A stretch of 64,000 nucleotides of DNA from a virus (Duplodnaviria; Caudoviricetes). The DNA lies in IMG/VR virus record IMGVR_UViG_2933096044_000001, positions 1 through 64,000 of that record; one strand, written 5' to 3'. Made by a program: the position numbers and the translations under genes. A model generated the notes under the pieces. That model saw only the letters and a list, made by a program, of their open reading frames with translations, was not told the DNA's origin and searched no databases. Each line of letters opens with the position of its first letter. Positions within the stretch are counted from its first letter, which is position 1. Below are positions 19,157-28,156 of the stretch, piece after piece.

Positions 19157-20077
19157 TCACATCTGGTCGACGAGGTAGGTCAGCCACTCACGGCCGGCGT
19201 CGGCCAAGCGGACAGAACCTTCGTGCGGCTGGCTCAACAGGTGGCCCTGATGCAGGTGAAACAGCGTCCACAGCGCGGTCATCCCGGCCATCAGCTCAGG
19301 GGGCGCCTCCCGCCAGGCAGGGATCGCCCACAACAGGGCGTGGACCTCCTCCGGCGACCAATGGCCGGCGATGAGATGGGGCGCGAGCAGCGCCGGGTCG
19401 ATCCACGCCTGGCCCGCGCACGCCTCCGCCCATCCGACCACGGATACGACCTGGCCCTTGATGAGCAGGTGCCGGGCGCTGAGATTGCTGTGCAACAGGG
19501 TGGGCCCGTTGAGCCTGTCGATCACGAACCCGTTCAGGGCCTTGTCATACAGGCTGCGCTGAAAGATGGCGTTCGGCTGCATCCTGAGGACCACTTGGGC
19601 CTTGGCTACCAGCGGGTTGAGCCGGTGGACGATCGTGCGGGCCCCTGACGGACACGGGGTGAGCAGCTTGCCGAGTTCCGCCACCGTGTCGAGCACGGCC
19701 GGCACGTCGGATGAGCTAGCGCGCTGGAGATCGACCGGACGGGCGTGATCGTTGATCAAGTCCCATGCGGTGACATGCCAGACGGAAGACTTGCCACCGC
19801 TGCAATCCAGCTCCCACGCCTTGCACGGCACGGGCGCCGCAGCGGGTAGGTGGCGGGCCGCCCACCGCTCCCGCTTGTGCAGGTGGGCGTACGGGCTGCT
19901 CGTCGGAGTCGCCTTGAGATACACCTCATCGCGGCCGTACACGCGGGCCGCGAACACGCCGGAGGCAGCCGGAACGCTGTGCACCTTGGGGATGCCGCCG
20001 ACCTGCTCAGCGATGGCATCGCGCACGTGAGGGGGGAGGTTGAGCCAACCCAGATGGTCATTCACGATGATCTCCAA
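19157..20077 (-). CDS. aminoglycoside phosphotransferase-like kinase (catalytic motifs degenerate)
   Basis: VYLKA, LLHSNLSARHLLI (HxD replaced), VVGWAEA (DW replaced), AWIDPA. Confidence 0.65.
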   Translation of the reverse strand: MEIIVNDHLGWLNLPPHVRDAIAEQVGGIPKVHSVPAASGVFAARVYGRDEVYLKATPTSSPYAHLHKRERWAARHLPAAAPVPCKAWELDCSGGKSSVWHVTAWDLINDHARPVDLQRASSSDVPAVLDTVAELGKLLTPCPSGARTIVHRLNPLVAKAQVVLRMQPNAIFQRSLYDKALNGFVIDRLNGPTLLHSNLSARHLLIKGQVVSVVGWAEACAGQAWIDPALLAPHLIAGHWSPEEVHALLWAIPAWREAPPELMAGMTALWTLFHLHQGHLLSQPHEGSVRLADAGREWLTYLVDQM

Positions 20078-20167
20078 AGGGGTGTTCAGGCGTCGCGCCG
20101 CTCAGCGTCAGGGCGGTACCGCCTCCGATGTCGCCGTACTTTCTTAAGCTCGGCCATCCCGCGGCAG

Positions 20168-21262
20168 TCACGGCTTTCGCCCTACCGCGCACAGGACGAA
20201 CCGGTCATCCGCCCCCGCATTGATCATGTCGTCGGTCGGCCGCCATTGGTCCAGATGGACGAGTCCGGGCTCGATCAGCTCAAAGCCGTCGAAGAACTGC
20301 TGGATCTGCTCCGTCGTTCGCGGTACGACCGGGGCGCTGGCCTTACGGTAGGCGTACTTATCGGCACCCGCCCGCGCGACGCCGCCCGGGTCGTCCCACA
20401 GATGCGACAAGATCAGATAACTGCCCGGCGCCATCAGGTTGCGGATGCTCTCCACCAATCGATCCGGATCGTCCTCGTCGGCCAGCAGATGCAGCACCGC
20501 CACCAGCAGCACCGCCACCGGCTGGCGGAAATCGATGTGAGCACGCAAGTCGGGATGCTCCAGGATCTCCTTCGGGTCCCGCAGGTCACCCTTGATCGTG
20601 ATCACATCGGACCTGACGCCGGACAACAGGGCACGGGCGTGGACCAGCACGATCGGATCATTATCGACATATGCCACGCGAGCGTCCGGGGTGACCCGCT
20701 GCGCCACTTCGTGCACGTTCGGCGATGTCGGTACGCCAGTACCCAGATCGACGAACTGCCTGACGCCTGCCCGGACGACGGCGTCCGTCGCGCGTATCAG
20801 GAAGCTTCGATTCGCCCGCGCCGTCGTCCGCGCGTTCGGAGCGGCCCGCAGAACCTGCTCGGCCAACTCCCGATCGACGGCGAAGTTGTCCTTGCCTCCG
20901 AGGAAGTAGTCGTACACCCGGGCGATGCTGGGCGTGTTCGGGTCCACTCCGGATGGGGGCGATGTGGTGCGGTCAAGGGTCATGGAAACCTCGAAGGGGG
21001 ATGTGCGTACGCCGTCTGCGATGGGGGCCGCAGGCGCTGCGAGCAGAAAAGCGACACGGTCAGCAGTTGCACGCTCATCGCCCTGCTCACCGAGTTCGTA
21101 TCCGTAGTCCGTGAGGTAGCGGCCGTTCGTGGCAGCCACCACCGTGTTGATTCGCGGATGCAGGGGGTTTCCCACGGCCACCGTGGTGCCGTCCTTCTCC
21201 GCGACAGATAGTCCGCGCGCTTTTAGAAGGTCGTGCAGAATTGCCGTGGGATTCGCGTCCAT
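20168..21262 (-). CDS. actinobacterial SAM-dependent methyltransferase (DUF574-type) with ~90-aa N-terminal extension
   Basis: PSIARVYDYFLGGKDNFAVDR, QFVDLGTGVPT, YVDNDPIVL. Confidence 0.88.
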   Translation of the reverse strand: MDANPTAILHDLLKARGLSVAEKDGTTVAVGNPLHPRINTVVAATNGRYLTDYGYELGEQGDERATADRVAFLLAAPAAPIADGVRTSPFEVSMTLDRTTSPPSGVDPNTPSIARVYDYFLGGKDNFAVDRELAEQVLRAAPNARTTARANRSFLIRATDAVVRAGVRQFVDLGTGVPTSPNVHEVAQRVTPDARVAYVDNDPIVLVHARALLSGVRSDVITIKGDLRDPKEILEHPDLRAHIDFRQPVAVLLVAVLHLLADEDDPDRLVESIRNLMAPGSYLILSHLWDDPGGVARAGADKYAYRKASAPVVPRTTEQIQQFFDGFELIEPGLVHLDQWRPTDDMINAGADDRFVLCAVGRKP

Positions 21263-21298
21263 GCCTCAATCCCACTGCCGCTGGTCAGCGAGCGGGAT

Positions 21299-21784
21299 AT
21301 GACAACCTATGACACGGAGATGATCATGCCTCTGGTGGCGGCCATAACGGGGACACGGTCAACCGGGCACCGTGAGCTCACCTGGTACGCAGATGTGTTC
21401 AACACCTACCTATCGCCGTTCGCGACCGATGACGCGCATTTCTACGTCGGAGGCGCAGTCGGCATCGACAGCTTGAGCCTGCTGTGGCTGGCTGGCAGCA
21501 CAAAAGCGCGGATCACCGTTGTTGTGCCATGCGCTGTCCAGGACCAGCCAGCCGAGGCCCGGCAAGCCATTGCCCAGTGCCGTGACCGAATCACCGAGAT
21601 CGTCGAGCTGCGCGCCGCAGAGCTCAAGACACCGGCCTACCACGCGCGAAACCGATGGATGGTCGATCGCGGTCGCATGGTGATCGGGTTTCCCCACGGC
21701 AGGGACGAGACGACATCGGGCACGTGGCAGACGATCAACTACGGGGCTTCGCAAGGAAAGCCTCGACTGATCGTGCCCGTGTGA
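21299..21784 (+). CDS. SLOG/DprA-like nucleotide-binding fold protein
   Basis: AITGTRS, VGGAVGID, ARNRWMVD, SGTWQTI. Confidence 0.75.
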   Translation: MTTYDTEMIMPLVAAITGTRSTGHRELTWYADVFNTYLSPFATDDAHFYVGGAVGIDSLSLLWLAGSTKARITVVVPCAVQDQPAEARQAIAQCRDRITEIVELRAAELKTPAYHARNRWMVDRGRMVIGFPHGRDETTSGTWQTINYGASQGKPRLIVPV

Positions 21785-21809
21785 ACACAGATACGGGCAT
21801 CATGAGGGC

Positions 21810-23153
21810 ATGAGCGCGCACAGCCGGTTAACCGGTGCTGCCATGCTCAAGCGGCTACGGCGGTCCCGTGGGTGGTCCCTCGCCAACGCCGCACGAGCCC
21901 TTGTCGATATGGCCGTCCGGCTCGGGCAGCCATTCGACACCAGCATCGCGAGCGTGCAACGGTCCGTCGCCCGATGGGAGAGCAACACCAGCCCCATCGT
22001 GCCCAGCGAGCGATACCAACTGCTGCTCGCCCACCTGTATGCCCACGACACCCGAGGACAGATGTCTCTCGGCTCTGGCAGCGACCTCGCCGAGCTGCTG
22101 GAGGCGCTCGGGCACTTCGGCGTCAACGAGGGGCGCCTCAGTGAACTGCGCACGATCCTCGTTCGAACGGCAACTGACACCGGGGTAGAACTGCTTGCGC
22201 TGCTCGGTCCATCCACACAGGCCGCCCTTTCTGCCGCTCTCGCTGACCCATCACACCTTGACGAGGGGCTTTTGACCGCGATGCGAGATTCCATCTCGCA
22301 CGTGAACGGCCAGGTCGGGAGCGTCCCGTTCGTACGATTGCAGCTACTGCTAGCGCCGATCATCGAGTCCTGCCGACGGCTGCTGAACATGTCCGTCCCC
22401 AAAGTGTTCCTACCGGATCTACAGCTCATCTCCGCGCAGGCGTACACGCTCGCTGGCCGATTCGCATTCGAGACCCGAGACGATGACGCCTCCCGGGCAC
22501 TGTATTCGGCCGCGACGGACGTGGCCGGCAGCCTGGGAGTCCCTTGGCGGCGCGCGGTCGTCCACATGAGCAACGCCCTCGTCACGCTGTACTCGACGCC
22601 CGGCTTGGACGCCGCCAAGGCCCTCATCGACGCCGCGGTGCGTGATGCGCGCGTCGGCCAAAGCGTCACCGTCCGGGCCCGAGCGCACGCGTTGCAGGCA
22701 GAGATCGCTGCCCGAGCCGGTGCGGAAAAGCACGCGAAGGCGGCGCTCGCGCTCGCCTGGTACGACCTGGACCAAGATCGCGCCACTGACCCAGCCACAA
22801 GCTCGTTTTCGCCGGCTCATCTGCGCGGTTTCGAGGGAATTACGTCACTGTATGTCGGAGATCCCGCCCAGGCGCATGACTACTTCGCCAGCTCTGCTCA
22901 GGCATTGGTCGCGCCGCGTGAGCGGGTGCAGCGGGCGATCGTGTCGGCAGACCAGGCGCTCGCGCGAATCCGTCTTGGCGATCCGCAGTCAGCAGCCGAA
23001 CTGCTGCACAGCTGTATTGATGCCGCATCCGAAACCGGGGGGCGAGTCGCCATGATTCGCATGCACCGTGCACGTCAGGATCTGCGGCCATGGCGGCGGG
23101 AGGGGTTCGTCGCCGACCTGGACGACCATTTGATCGAGTCGCTCGGCAGGTGA
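21810..23153 (+). CDS. XRE-type HTH regulator with TPR-like helical C-terminus
   Basis: LKRLRRSRGWS...VARWES HTH; long helical repeats. Confidence 0.8.
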   Translation: MSAHSRLTGAAMLKRLRRSRGWSLANAARALVDMAVRLGQPFDTSIASVQRSVARWESNTSPIVPSERYQLLLAHLYAHDTRGQMSLGSGSDLAELLEALGHFGVNEGRLSELRTILVRTATDTGVELLALLGPSTQAALSAALADPSHLDEGLLTAMRDSISHVNGQVGSVPFVRLQLLLAPIIESCRRLLNMSVPKVFLPDLQLISAQAYTLAGRFAFETRDDDASRALYSAATDVAGSLGVPWRRAVVHMSNALVTLYSTPGLDAAKALIDAAVRDARVGQSVTVRARAHALQAEIAARAGAEKHAKAALALAWYDLDQDRATDPATSSFSPAHLRGFEGITSLYVGDPAQAHDYFASSAQALVAPRERVQRAIVSADQALARIRLGDPQSAAELLHSCIDAASETGGRVAMIRMHRARQDLRPWRREGFVADLDDHLIESLGR

Positions 23154-23240
23154 CTGGTGAGTGCCAAGGCGTGATCGCCGCAGCGGGGAGAGCATCCGCC
23201 AACGGCGGATCAAGCGTCGCCCCTGGTTGAAAACAACAAA

Positions 23241-23278
23241 AAGCCCCGTCCACCTCCCGCAGGAGGTGGACGGGGCTT
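23241..23278 (-). terminator. strong intrinsic terminator closing the phage late operon
   Basis: 17-bp perfect stem aagccccgtccacctcc/ggaggtggacggggctt with an adjacent A-run. Confidence 0.8.
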
Positions 23279-23340
23279 GGTCTGTCCCAGGACGAACGTT
23301 ACCGCTGATCAGGCGACGGGCACCACGAGGCGATCGGATG

Positions 23341-23955
23341 CTATTGCTGATCCGTCGACAGGTCGGCTCCCACGACGCACACCACCATGTTCAGCGGAGG
23401 GTAGTCTCCTCCAACGTCCGTGGGGAGCTGGGTGAGGTCAGGGTGAGTGAACGTCCGGGTGCCGTTCACGTTGTAGAGGTTGGGGAAGGCAAACACCGTG
23501 CTTGTCACGGCGAGCGCCGGTTGCCGGACGTCGTACGTGGGAACGAGCGCAGTCAACCAGATGACCCGGTCTTCCGGCTCAGCCGTCAGTGGAGTTGCTA
23601 GCGGAGAGAACCGCCATCCGGTCCCGGTGAACAGCTTGTTGTCGTTGCCGGTCTCGGCGATCAGCCCGCCCGTTACGCTGTAAACGGCTAGCCGGGATTC
23701 ACCAGTGGTGGCGTTGCCGCGTGCTTCGCTCGACACAGGCACGCCTAGGTGCGTGATGCTCTTCCCCGCAGGCACGATGGCCTTTGCGCACACCATCTGC
23801 CGATCAAGCCAGGCGAAACTGTTGATCTCCTCGGGCAGAACGGTCGCACACGTCAGTTTGGACAGGGCCTCGCGACGCAGCACGGTCGGCGCGGACGCCG
23901 ACGGAGCGTCACCGCAGTTGATGGTGATGTCGTCGGCGTGAATGGTGATCGTCAT
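23341..23955 (-). CDS. hypothetical phage protein (beta-rich)
   Basis: 204 aa ORF with GGAG RBS, after the holin. Confidence 0.65.
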   Translation of the reverse strand: MTITIHADDITINCGDAPSASAPTVLRREALSKLTCATVLPEEINSFAWLDRQMVCAKAIVPAGKSITHLGVPVSSEARGNATTGESRLAVYSVTGGLIAETGNDNKLFTGTGWRFSPLATPLTAEPEDRVIWLTALVPTYDVRQPALAVTSTVFAFPNLYNVNGTRTFTHPDLTQLPTDVGGDYPPLNMVVCVVGADLSTDQQ

Positions 23956-24006
23956 GAACGCTCCAAGTAGGTCGGGCGCTGGCCAGTAGACGGACGCGGT
24001 GATGGC

Positions 24007-24264
24007 CTACCGCTGCTCCAGCGGCAAGTCAGGCCGCGCGGTGTGCTTAGCCCTGTAGCCCGACACCCAGGTGATCAGGCCAGGCAGCAGCGGAACAGTG
24101 AGCGACTCCAGCCAGTCAGGCAGGAAGCTGATCAGGTCGAGGTCCGCGTTCACCGTCTGCAGGACGGCCAGGACCGCCACCAGGCCCAGGTACGAGCCCG
24201 CAGCCGCGGCCGTCACCTTCCGCTCCACGGGCGGTTTGCCGTACTCGACAGGGTCGGCGTGCAT
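24007..24264 (-). CDS. holin
   Basis: 2 TM segments, PVERKVTAA...AKHTAR, typical of actinophage holins; after the endolysin. Confidence 0.8.
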   Translation of the reverse strand: MHADPVEYGKPPVERKVTAAAAGSYLGLVAVLAVLQTVNADLDLISFLPDWLESLTVPLLPGLITWVSGYRAKHTARPDLPLEQR

Positions 24265-24344
24265 CATGATCCTCCTAGGGGTTCGGGCACGAAAAATGGC
24301 CAACCCGGTCGGGCAGGCCATCTGCGATCAGGGCAGGGCAGCGG

Positions 24345-25070
24345 TCAGTCCACGCGCATCAGCTTCGGCCAGGTCTTCGGGCCGCATTCGCCGTCCACCT
24401 TCAGGCCAGCCGCCTTCTGGAAAGCGCGCAGCGCGTCCTCCAGCGGCGTCCCGAACACGGTGTCGTCGATGCCACCGTTCAGCGGGTAGCCCCGGGCGTG
24501 GAGCAGGTAGAACAGCGTCTTGACGTCGTAGCCGCGGGCACCGCGCTTGAGCAGGGGCAGGGTCTTCACGATCTCCTCCGTCCAGGTGAGCTGAGGCTTA
24601 GGAGCGGCCTTACTCGAGTACGCCGGATAGCCGTAGCCGGCGACGAGGCCGGAGCGTTCGCGGCGCATCACGCGGTTGCTGGTGTTGCCCTCGATCGTCA
24701 CGATCGTGCCGTTGGAGCGGACGGCCTCGACGATGCCGACGTGGTCGATCGCGGGTATGTTGCGCGAGCCGGCCCAGTCGAAGAAGATCACGGCTCCCTT
24801 CCTCGGCGTGTGCCCCCAACGACCGCGGTCTTTGAACCACTGCGCGTGCCCCGGCGTCCAGGCCGAGTCACCCACCACGGAGATCAGCCCAGCCCGATCA
24901 GCCGCCCAGGCCAGGAACATGTCGCACCACGGCTCGTAGGCCCAGGACTCCGGCTTGTTATGCCGTTCCGCCCACCACGCGCCGTACTTCGTCCAGCCTG
25001 ACGGACCCTCGGTGTAGCCGAGCTGGCCACGGATGATGTCCAGCAGCCGATCCTCAGGCGACTTCGCCAC
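24345..25070 (-). CDS. endolysin (CHAP domain + peptidoglycan-binding domain)
   Basis: PWCDMF, HVGIVE, TIEGNT; C-terminal FQKAAGLKVDGECGPKTW. Confidence 0.92.
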   Translation of the reverse strand: MAKSPEDRLLDIIRGQLGYTEGPSGWTKYGAWWAERHNKPESWAYEPWCDMFLAWAADRAGLISVVGDSAWTPGHAQWFKDRGRWGHTPRKGAVIFFDWAGSRNIPAIDHVGIVEAVRSNGTIVTIEGNTSNRVMRRERSGLVAGYGYPAYSSKAAPKPQLTWTEEIVKTLPLLKRGARGYDVKTLFYLLHARGYPLNGGIDDTVFGTPLEDALRAFQKAAGLKVDGECGPKTWPKLMRVD

Positions 25071-25335
25071 TTTCCACCTCCTCGTGGTCCTCGTCCTCGA
25101 CCACCGACCCAGGCTCCTGCGGGAGCCACGACTGATCGGGGTCGAACTCGGTCACGTCCGCGTCCATGTACGGCGCGGCCGGCTTCGGGTCTTCGTCGTC
25201 AGGGGTCACGACGTCCTCCAAGGTGTTCAGGGCCAGCCAGTCGGCAACGGTCAACTTCAGGTCCGCGTTGGACACGCGGAAGGGGAGGGCGACGGGCACG
25301 ACAAGCACGCCGTCCTCGACGGGGAACACGGTCAT
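25054..25335 (-). CDS. acidic hypothetical protein
   Basis: ORF in the lysis cassette. Confidence 0.55.
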   Translation of the reverse strand: MTVFPVEDGVLVVPVALPFRVSNADLKLTVADWLALNTLEDVVTPDDEDPKPAAPYMDADVTEFDPDQSWLPQEPGSVVEDEDHEEVESGEVA

Positions 25336-25343
25336 GGGGAAGC

Positions 25344-25685
25344 TCAGCCGCGGGTCAGCGCTATCAGGGCAATGACCGCGCTGGCGACGGTCACCAGGAC
25401 CGAAACGACAGCGATGATCTGCTTGGTACGGTCGGCCAACTGAGTGCGCGTCACGGCCTCGCGCTCGATCGCGTCCAAGCGTGCCTCCAGCGCCGCGTAA
25501 CGGAGCTCGGCAGCCGCTCGGTCCTGCTCGACACGCTGGACCAGCTCGGCGTGCCTGTCGTCCGCCTGCTCCAGGCGCTGCAGGATGAGCTGGGTCAGGC
25601 CATTGTTCTTCTCGAACCCGACCTCGACGAGGCGCCTCAGCTCCGACAGGGCAAGTGCCAGGTTGGGCACCTCCTCAGAATTCAC
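25344..25685 (-). CDS. coiled-coil protein with C-terminal TM (lysis accessory)
   Basis: GTGA-coupled; C-terminal hydrophobic helix. Confidence 0.65.
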   Translation of the reverse strand: MNSEEVPNLALALSELRRLVEVGFEKNNGLTQLILQRLEQADDRHAELVQRVEQDRAAAELRYAALEARLDAIEREAVTRTQLADRTKQIIAVVSVLVTVASAVIALIALTRG

Positions 25686-26086
25686 AGCGGCACCGACTCG
25701 GCTTCCAAGTCGTAGGTGATGGTCCAGTCGTCGTAGCGGCGCATCACGACGTCGCGGCCCTGAGCGGCGAGCGCCTGGGCGAACTCGGCTGCTGCGATAG
25801 GAACGGGTCGGTACTGGCCCGGCACGCCGGTCGGGTGCTCCACGACGGCGTACAGCACCCACGATGTCCCGGAGGCAGGTGTGGTGCGGACGCACACGAA
25901 CGTCGTCCGGTCTGACAGGTACAGCACCTGCCCTCCGATAGCGAATGCGCCCCGGCCGGCGTGGCCGTACCGGTAGAACAGCTCGGCCGCCTGGTCTACC
26001 TTGGCCAGGTCCGGACCTGGCCCGCCGTTGGGGTCGTCACCGATCGGCAGTGCCAAGTCGGTATCGGGAGGAGTGAACAGCAGCAT
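25682..26086 (-). CDS. hypothetical phage protein
   Basis: TGATG coupling; start MLLFTPPD. Confidence 0.6.
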   Translation of the reverse strand: MLLFTPPDTDLALPIGDDPNGGPGPDLAKVDQAAELFYRYGHAGRGAFAIGGQVLYLSDRTTFVCVRTTPASGTSWVLYAVVEHPTGVPGQYRPVPIAAAEFAQALAAQGRDVVMRRYDDWTITYDLEAESVPL

Positions 26087-26763
26087 CAGGAGTCTCTCCC
26101 AGGGGGTTGCATGCCCGCGAACGTCGCAGGCGGCTTGACGAAGAAGTTCGGGGCGGCCGGCTGGTCGACCGATTGGCGCTGCCAATCCAGGAAGGCCCGC
26201 TTCGCGGCCACCCGCGCCGGATCGAGGCGCACCGTGTCCCGGATGGGCGCGAGCGGGTCCGCGGGTGCTTCGCGAGCGGAGCCGACGTACACGAGCGCGG
26301 CCTGCCGGTCGATCTGCGCGGCGGGGGTGACGACGAACCGGTGCTGTTTCACGGCAGCGATCCGCCTCAGGCATGCGGCTCGGCGATCGTCCGGGCTGAC
26401 CCCCGGTGTGAAGGTGGTGGGGAGCTGCGCGGTCGCCTTGATGACAGCGAGTGCGCCGGGATCTTGGTAGGCGAGTGGGTCGCTTCGGTCGGGAAGGCCG
26501 CCTTCGTGCAGCACCACGTCCAGCAGCGTGACCACGTCGTCCGGATCGATGGCGTGCTCGGCTGATCGCCACTCCAGTGTCGCGTTGGGGAACACGTGGA
26601 TGCCGTTCTCACCTGCGCTGTTCACGAGGTAGACGCCCCACAGCGGTTCGGCTGAACCGTCAGGGACCAGCACAGGCTGTGCAGGTTCCTGGTACGGCGG
26701 CTGGCTCAGCGTGGTGTGCGAGTAGCCGAGTTCCGCATCCCATATCTCCACGATGTCGGGCAC
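26086..26763 (-). CDS. hypothetical phage tail-region protein
   Basis: AAGGAG RBS; HVFPNATLEWRSAEHAIDPDDVVTLLDVVLHE. Confidence 0.7.
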   Translation of the reverse strand: MPDIVEIWDAELGYSHTTLSQPPYQEPAQPVLVPDGSAEPLWGVYLVNSAGENGIHVFPNATLEWRSAEHAIDPDDVVTLLDVVLHEGGLPDRSDPLAYQDPGALAVIKATAQLPTTFTPGVSPDDRRAACLRRIAAVKQHRFVVTPAAQIDRQAALVYVGSAREAPADPLAPIRDTVRLDPARVAAKRAFLDWQRQSVDQPAAPNFFVKPPATFAGMQPPGRDS

Positions 26764-26868
26764 GACGAATCTCCTTAAAGCGGCGGCGGGGGCGACAAGG
26801 CGCACGTATTGTCCTTCTGACCTTGGGCGTGTGAGCCTTGAGTGTGACGCGCAGGAGGCGGCGGAAAT

Positions 26869-27963
26869 TCACGCCCCCTCGTCGGCTGGGGCCTGTTGGG
26901 TGTGCGTCGGCTCGTCCTTCCTCAGCACACCGCCCTTGGGACCAGGCTCTAGATCCCAGCCGATAGGCCACGCCTGCGGGCCCCGCCCACTCGTCACCCG
27001 CACTTTCTCCAAATCAATCTCGGCCACGGCCCCCTCGAGCCAAAACATGACGGCACCGGCGAAGGTCGCCTTCCGGAAACGGGCGGCACTGGTGAAGGTC
27101 GTCTCGACGAACCAGGCGTCGTCGGTGAAGGTCGCCCCGGAGAACCAGGCGTCGCCGGTGAAGGTCGCCCCGGAGAAACTGGCCTCGCCGGTGAAGGCCG
27201 CGTCGCTGAAATCGCCGCCATCGGTAAAGGTCACGTCGTTGAAATACGCCCGATGGACAAGGCAGTGCCTGAGCGAGAAGGCGAGTAAGTTGGCGCCGGC
27301 CAGGTCGAGGCTGATACCGGGCCAGAAGAGGGGGTTGGCGGTGGTGGGGCGCTGCCACCACCGTTGGCGTTCGTGCCAGCGCAGGTGATCCTCAAGGAGG
27401 CGCTGGGCGGTGAGTCGGACCAGCCGTTCTTCGTCCGGGTCCCGGCTGGCCCGAGCCTCAGCACGGCCAACTGACCGTTTGCGGGCGGCGCGGATCCGTT
27501 GCTGCCGATCCTCCGCACGTGGCGGCGTCCATGGCATCCGCAGATAGGCACAGATGACGTCAACGACGGTCTGCCGCAGCCGGGGGTTGTTCTGCGCAAG
27601 CTGCTCCAGCGCGTACAGCCCGCCGAGGCGGACCGGCGCCTGGCCGTTGCCGAGCTGCTCGACCGCCTTGCTGAAACGGTCGGTGTCGTGGCCGCGCTCG
27701 CCGAGCTGGAAGGCGCGCCGGGCAGTGTCGGCGTTGCGCGCGGTGTAGTACACCGCCAGCAATGCGGCAAGGCCAGTGGCCACGGCCAGGACGTTGCCCC
27801 GGATCGCCGAGAGCGCGGCGGCCCGGTCCTTGTCTTCGGCGAAGACGGTGGTGTGGTCGACGTGCTCCAGCACCCACGTGGCGCCCGGACCGAGCATCCA
27901 CACCAGCGTCGGGACTGCCACCAGGACCAGCACGGCCACGACGATCGATGAGCGCTTCATCAT
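26869..27963 (-). CDS. membrane-anchored pentapeptide-repeat protein (copy 1)
   Basis: 2 TM segments, RFSKAVEQLG..PVRLGGLYALEQLA, VICAYLRMP, (FSGATFTGDAW)n. Confidence 0.85.
   Translation of the reverse strand: MMKRSSIVVAVLVLVAVPTLVWMLGPGATWVLEHVDHTTVFAEDKDRAAALSAIRGNVLAVATGLAALLAVYYTARNADTARRAFQLGERGHDTDRFSKAVEQLGNGQAPVRLGGLYALEQLAQNNPRLRQTVVDVICAYLRMPWTPPRAEDRQQRIRAARKRSVGRAEARASRDPDEERLVRLTAQRLLEDHLRWHERQRWWQRPTTANPLFWPGISLDLAGANLLAFSLRHCLVHRAYFNDVTFTDGGDFSDAAFTGEASFSGATFTGDAWFSGATFTDDAWFVETTFTSAARFRKATFAGAVMFWLEGAVAEIDLEKVRVTSGRGPQAWPIGWDLEPGPKGGVLRKDEPTHTQQAPADEGA
27091..27255 (-). repeat. 33-nt tandem coding repeats
   Basis: ggtgaagg recurs at 27091, 27124, 27157 and 27190, with a variant at 27223. 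Confidence 0.8.
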
Positions 27964-27976
27964 TTCACGATGACGC

Positions 27977-28028
27977 CGTCCGCCCCGCCTGGCCAGGGCG
28001 GAGCGTCCCTGGCCAAGCGGGGCGGACG
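27977..28028. terminator. long GC hairpin upstream of the pentapeptide gene
   Basis: cgtccgccccgcctggccaggg...ccctggccaagcggggcggacg. Confidence 0.55.
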
Positions 28029-28156
28029 AGCCGAGCTCAGCAGTTCTTGTAGTCCATGCGCGAGCTGTTGTACAAGCACGAGTCGACGAGCTAATACCGA
28101 GCGACACCTCGGTACCCTCGGGGACCACCAGGCACAGGATCTTCCAGGCGAGCTCC

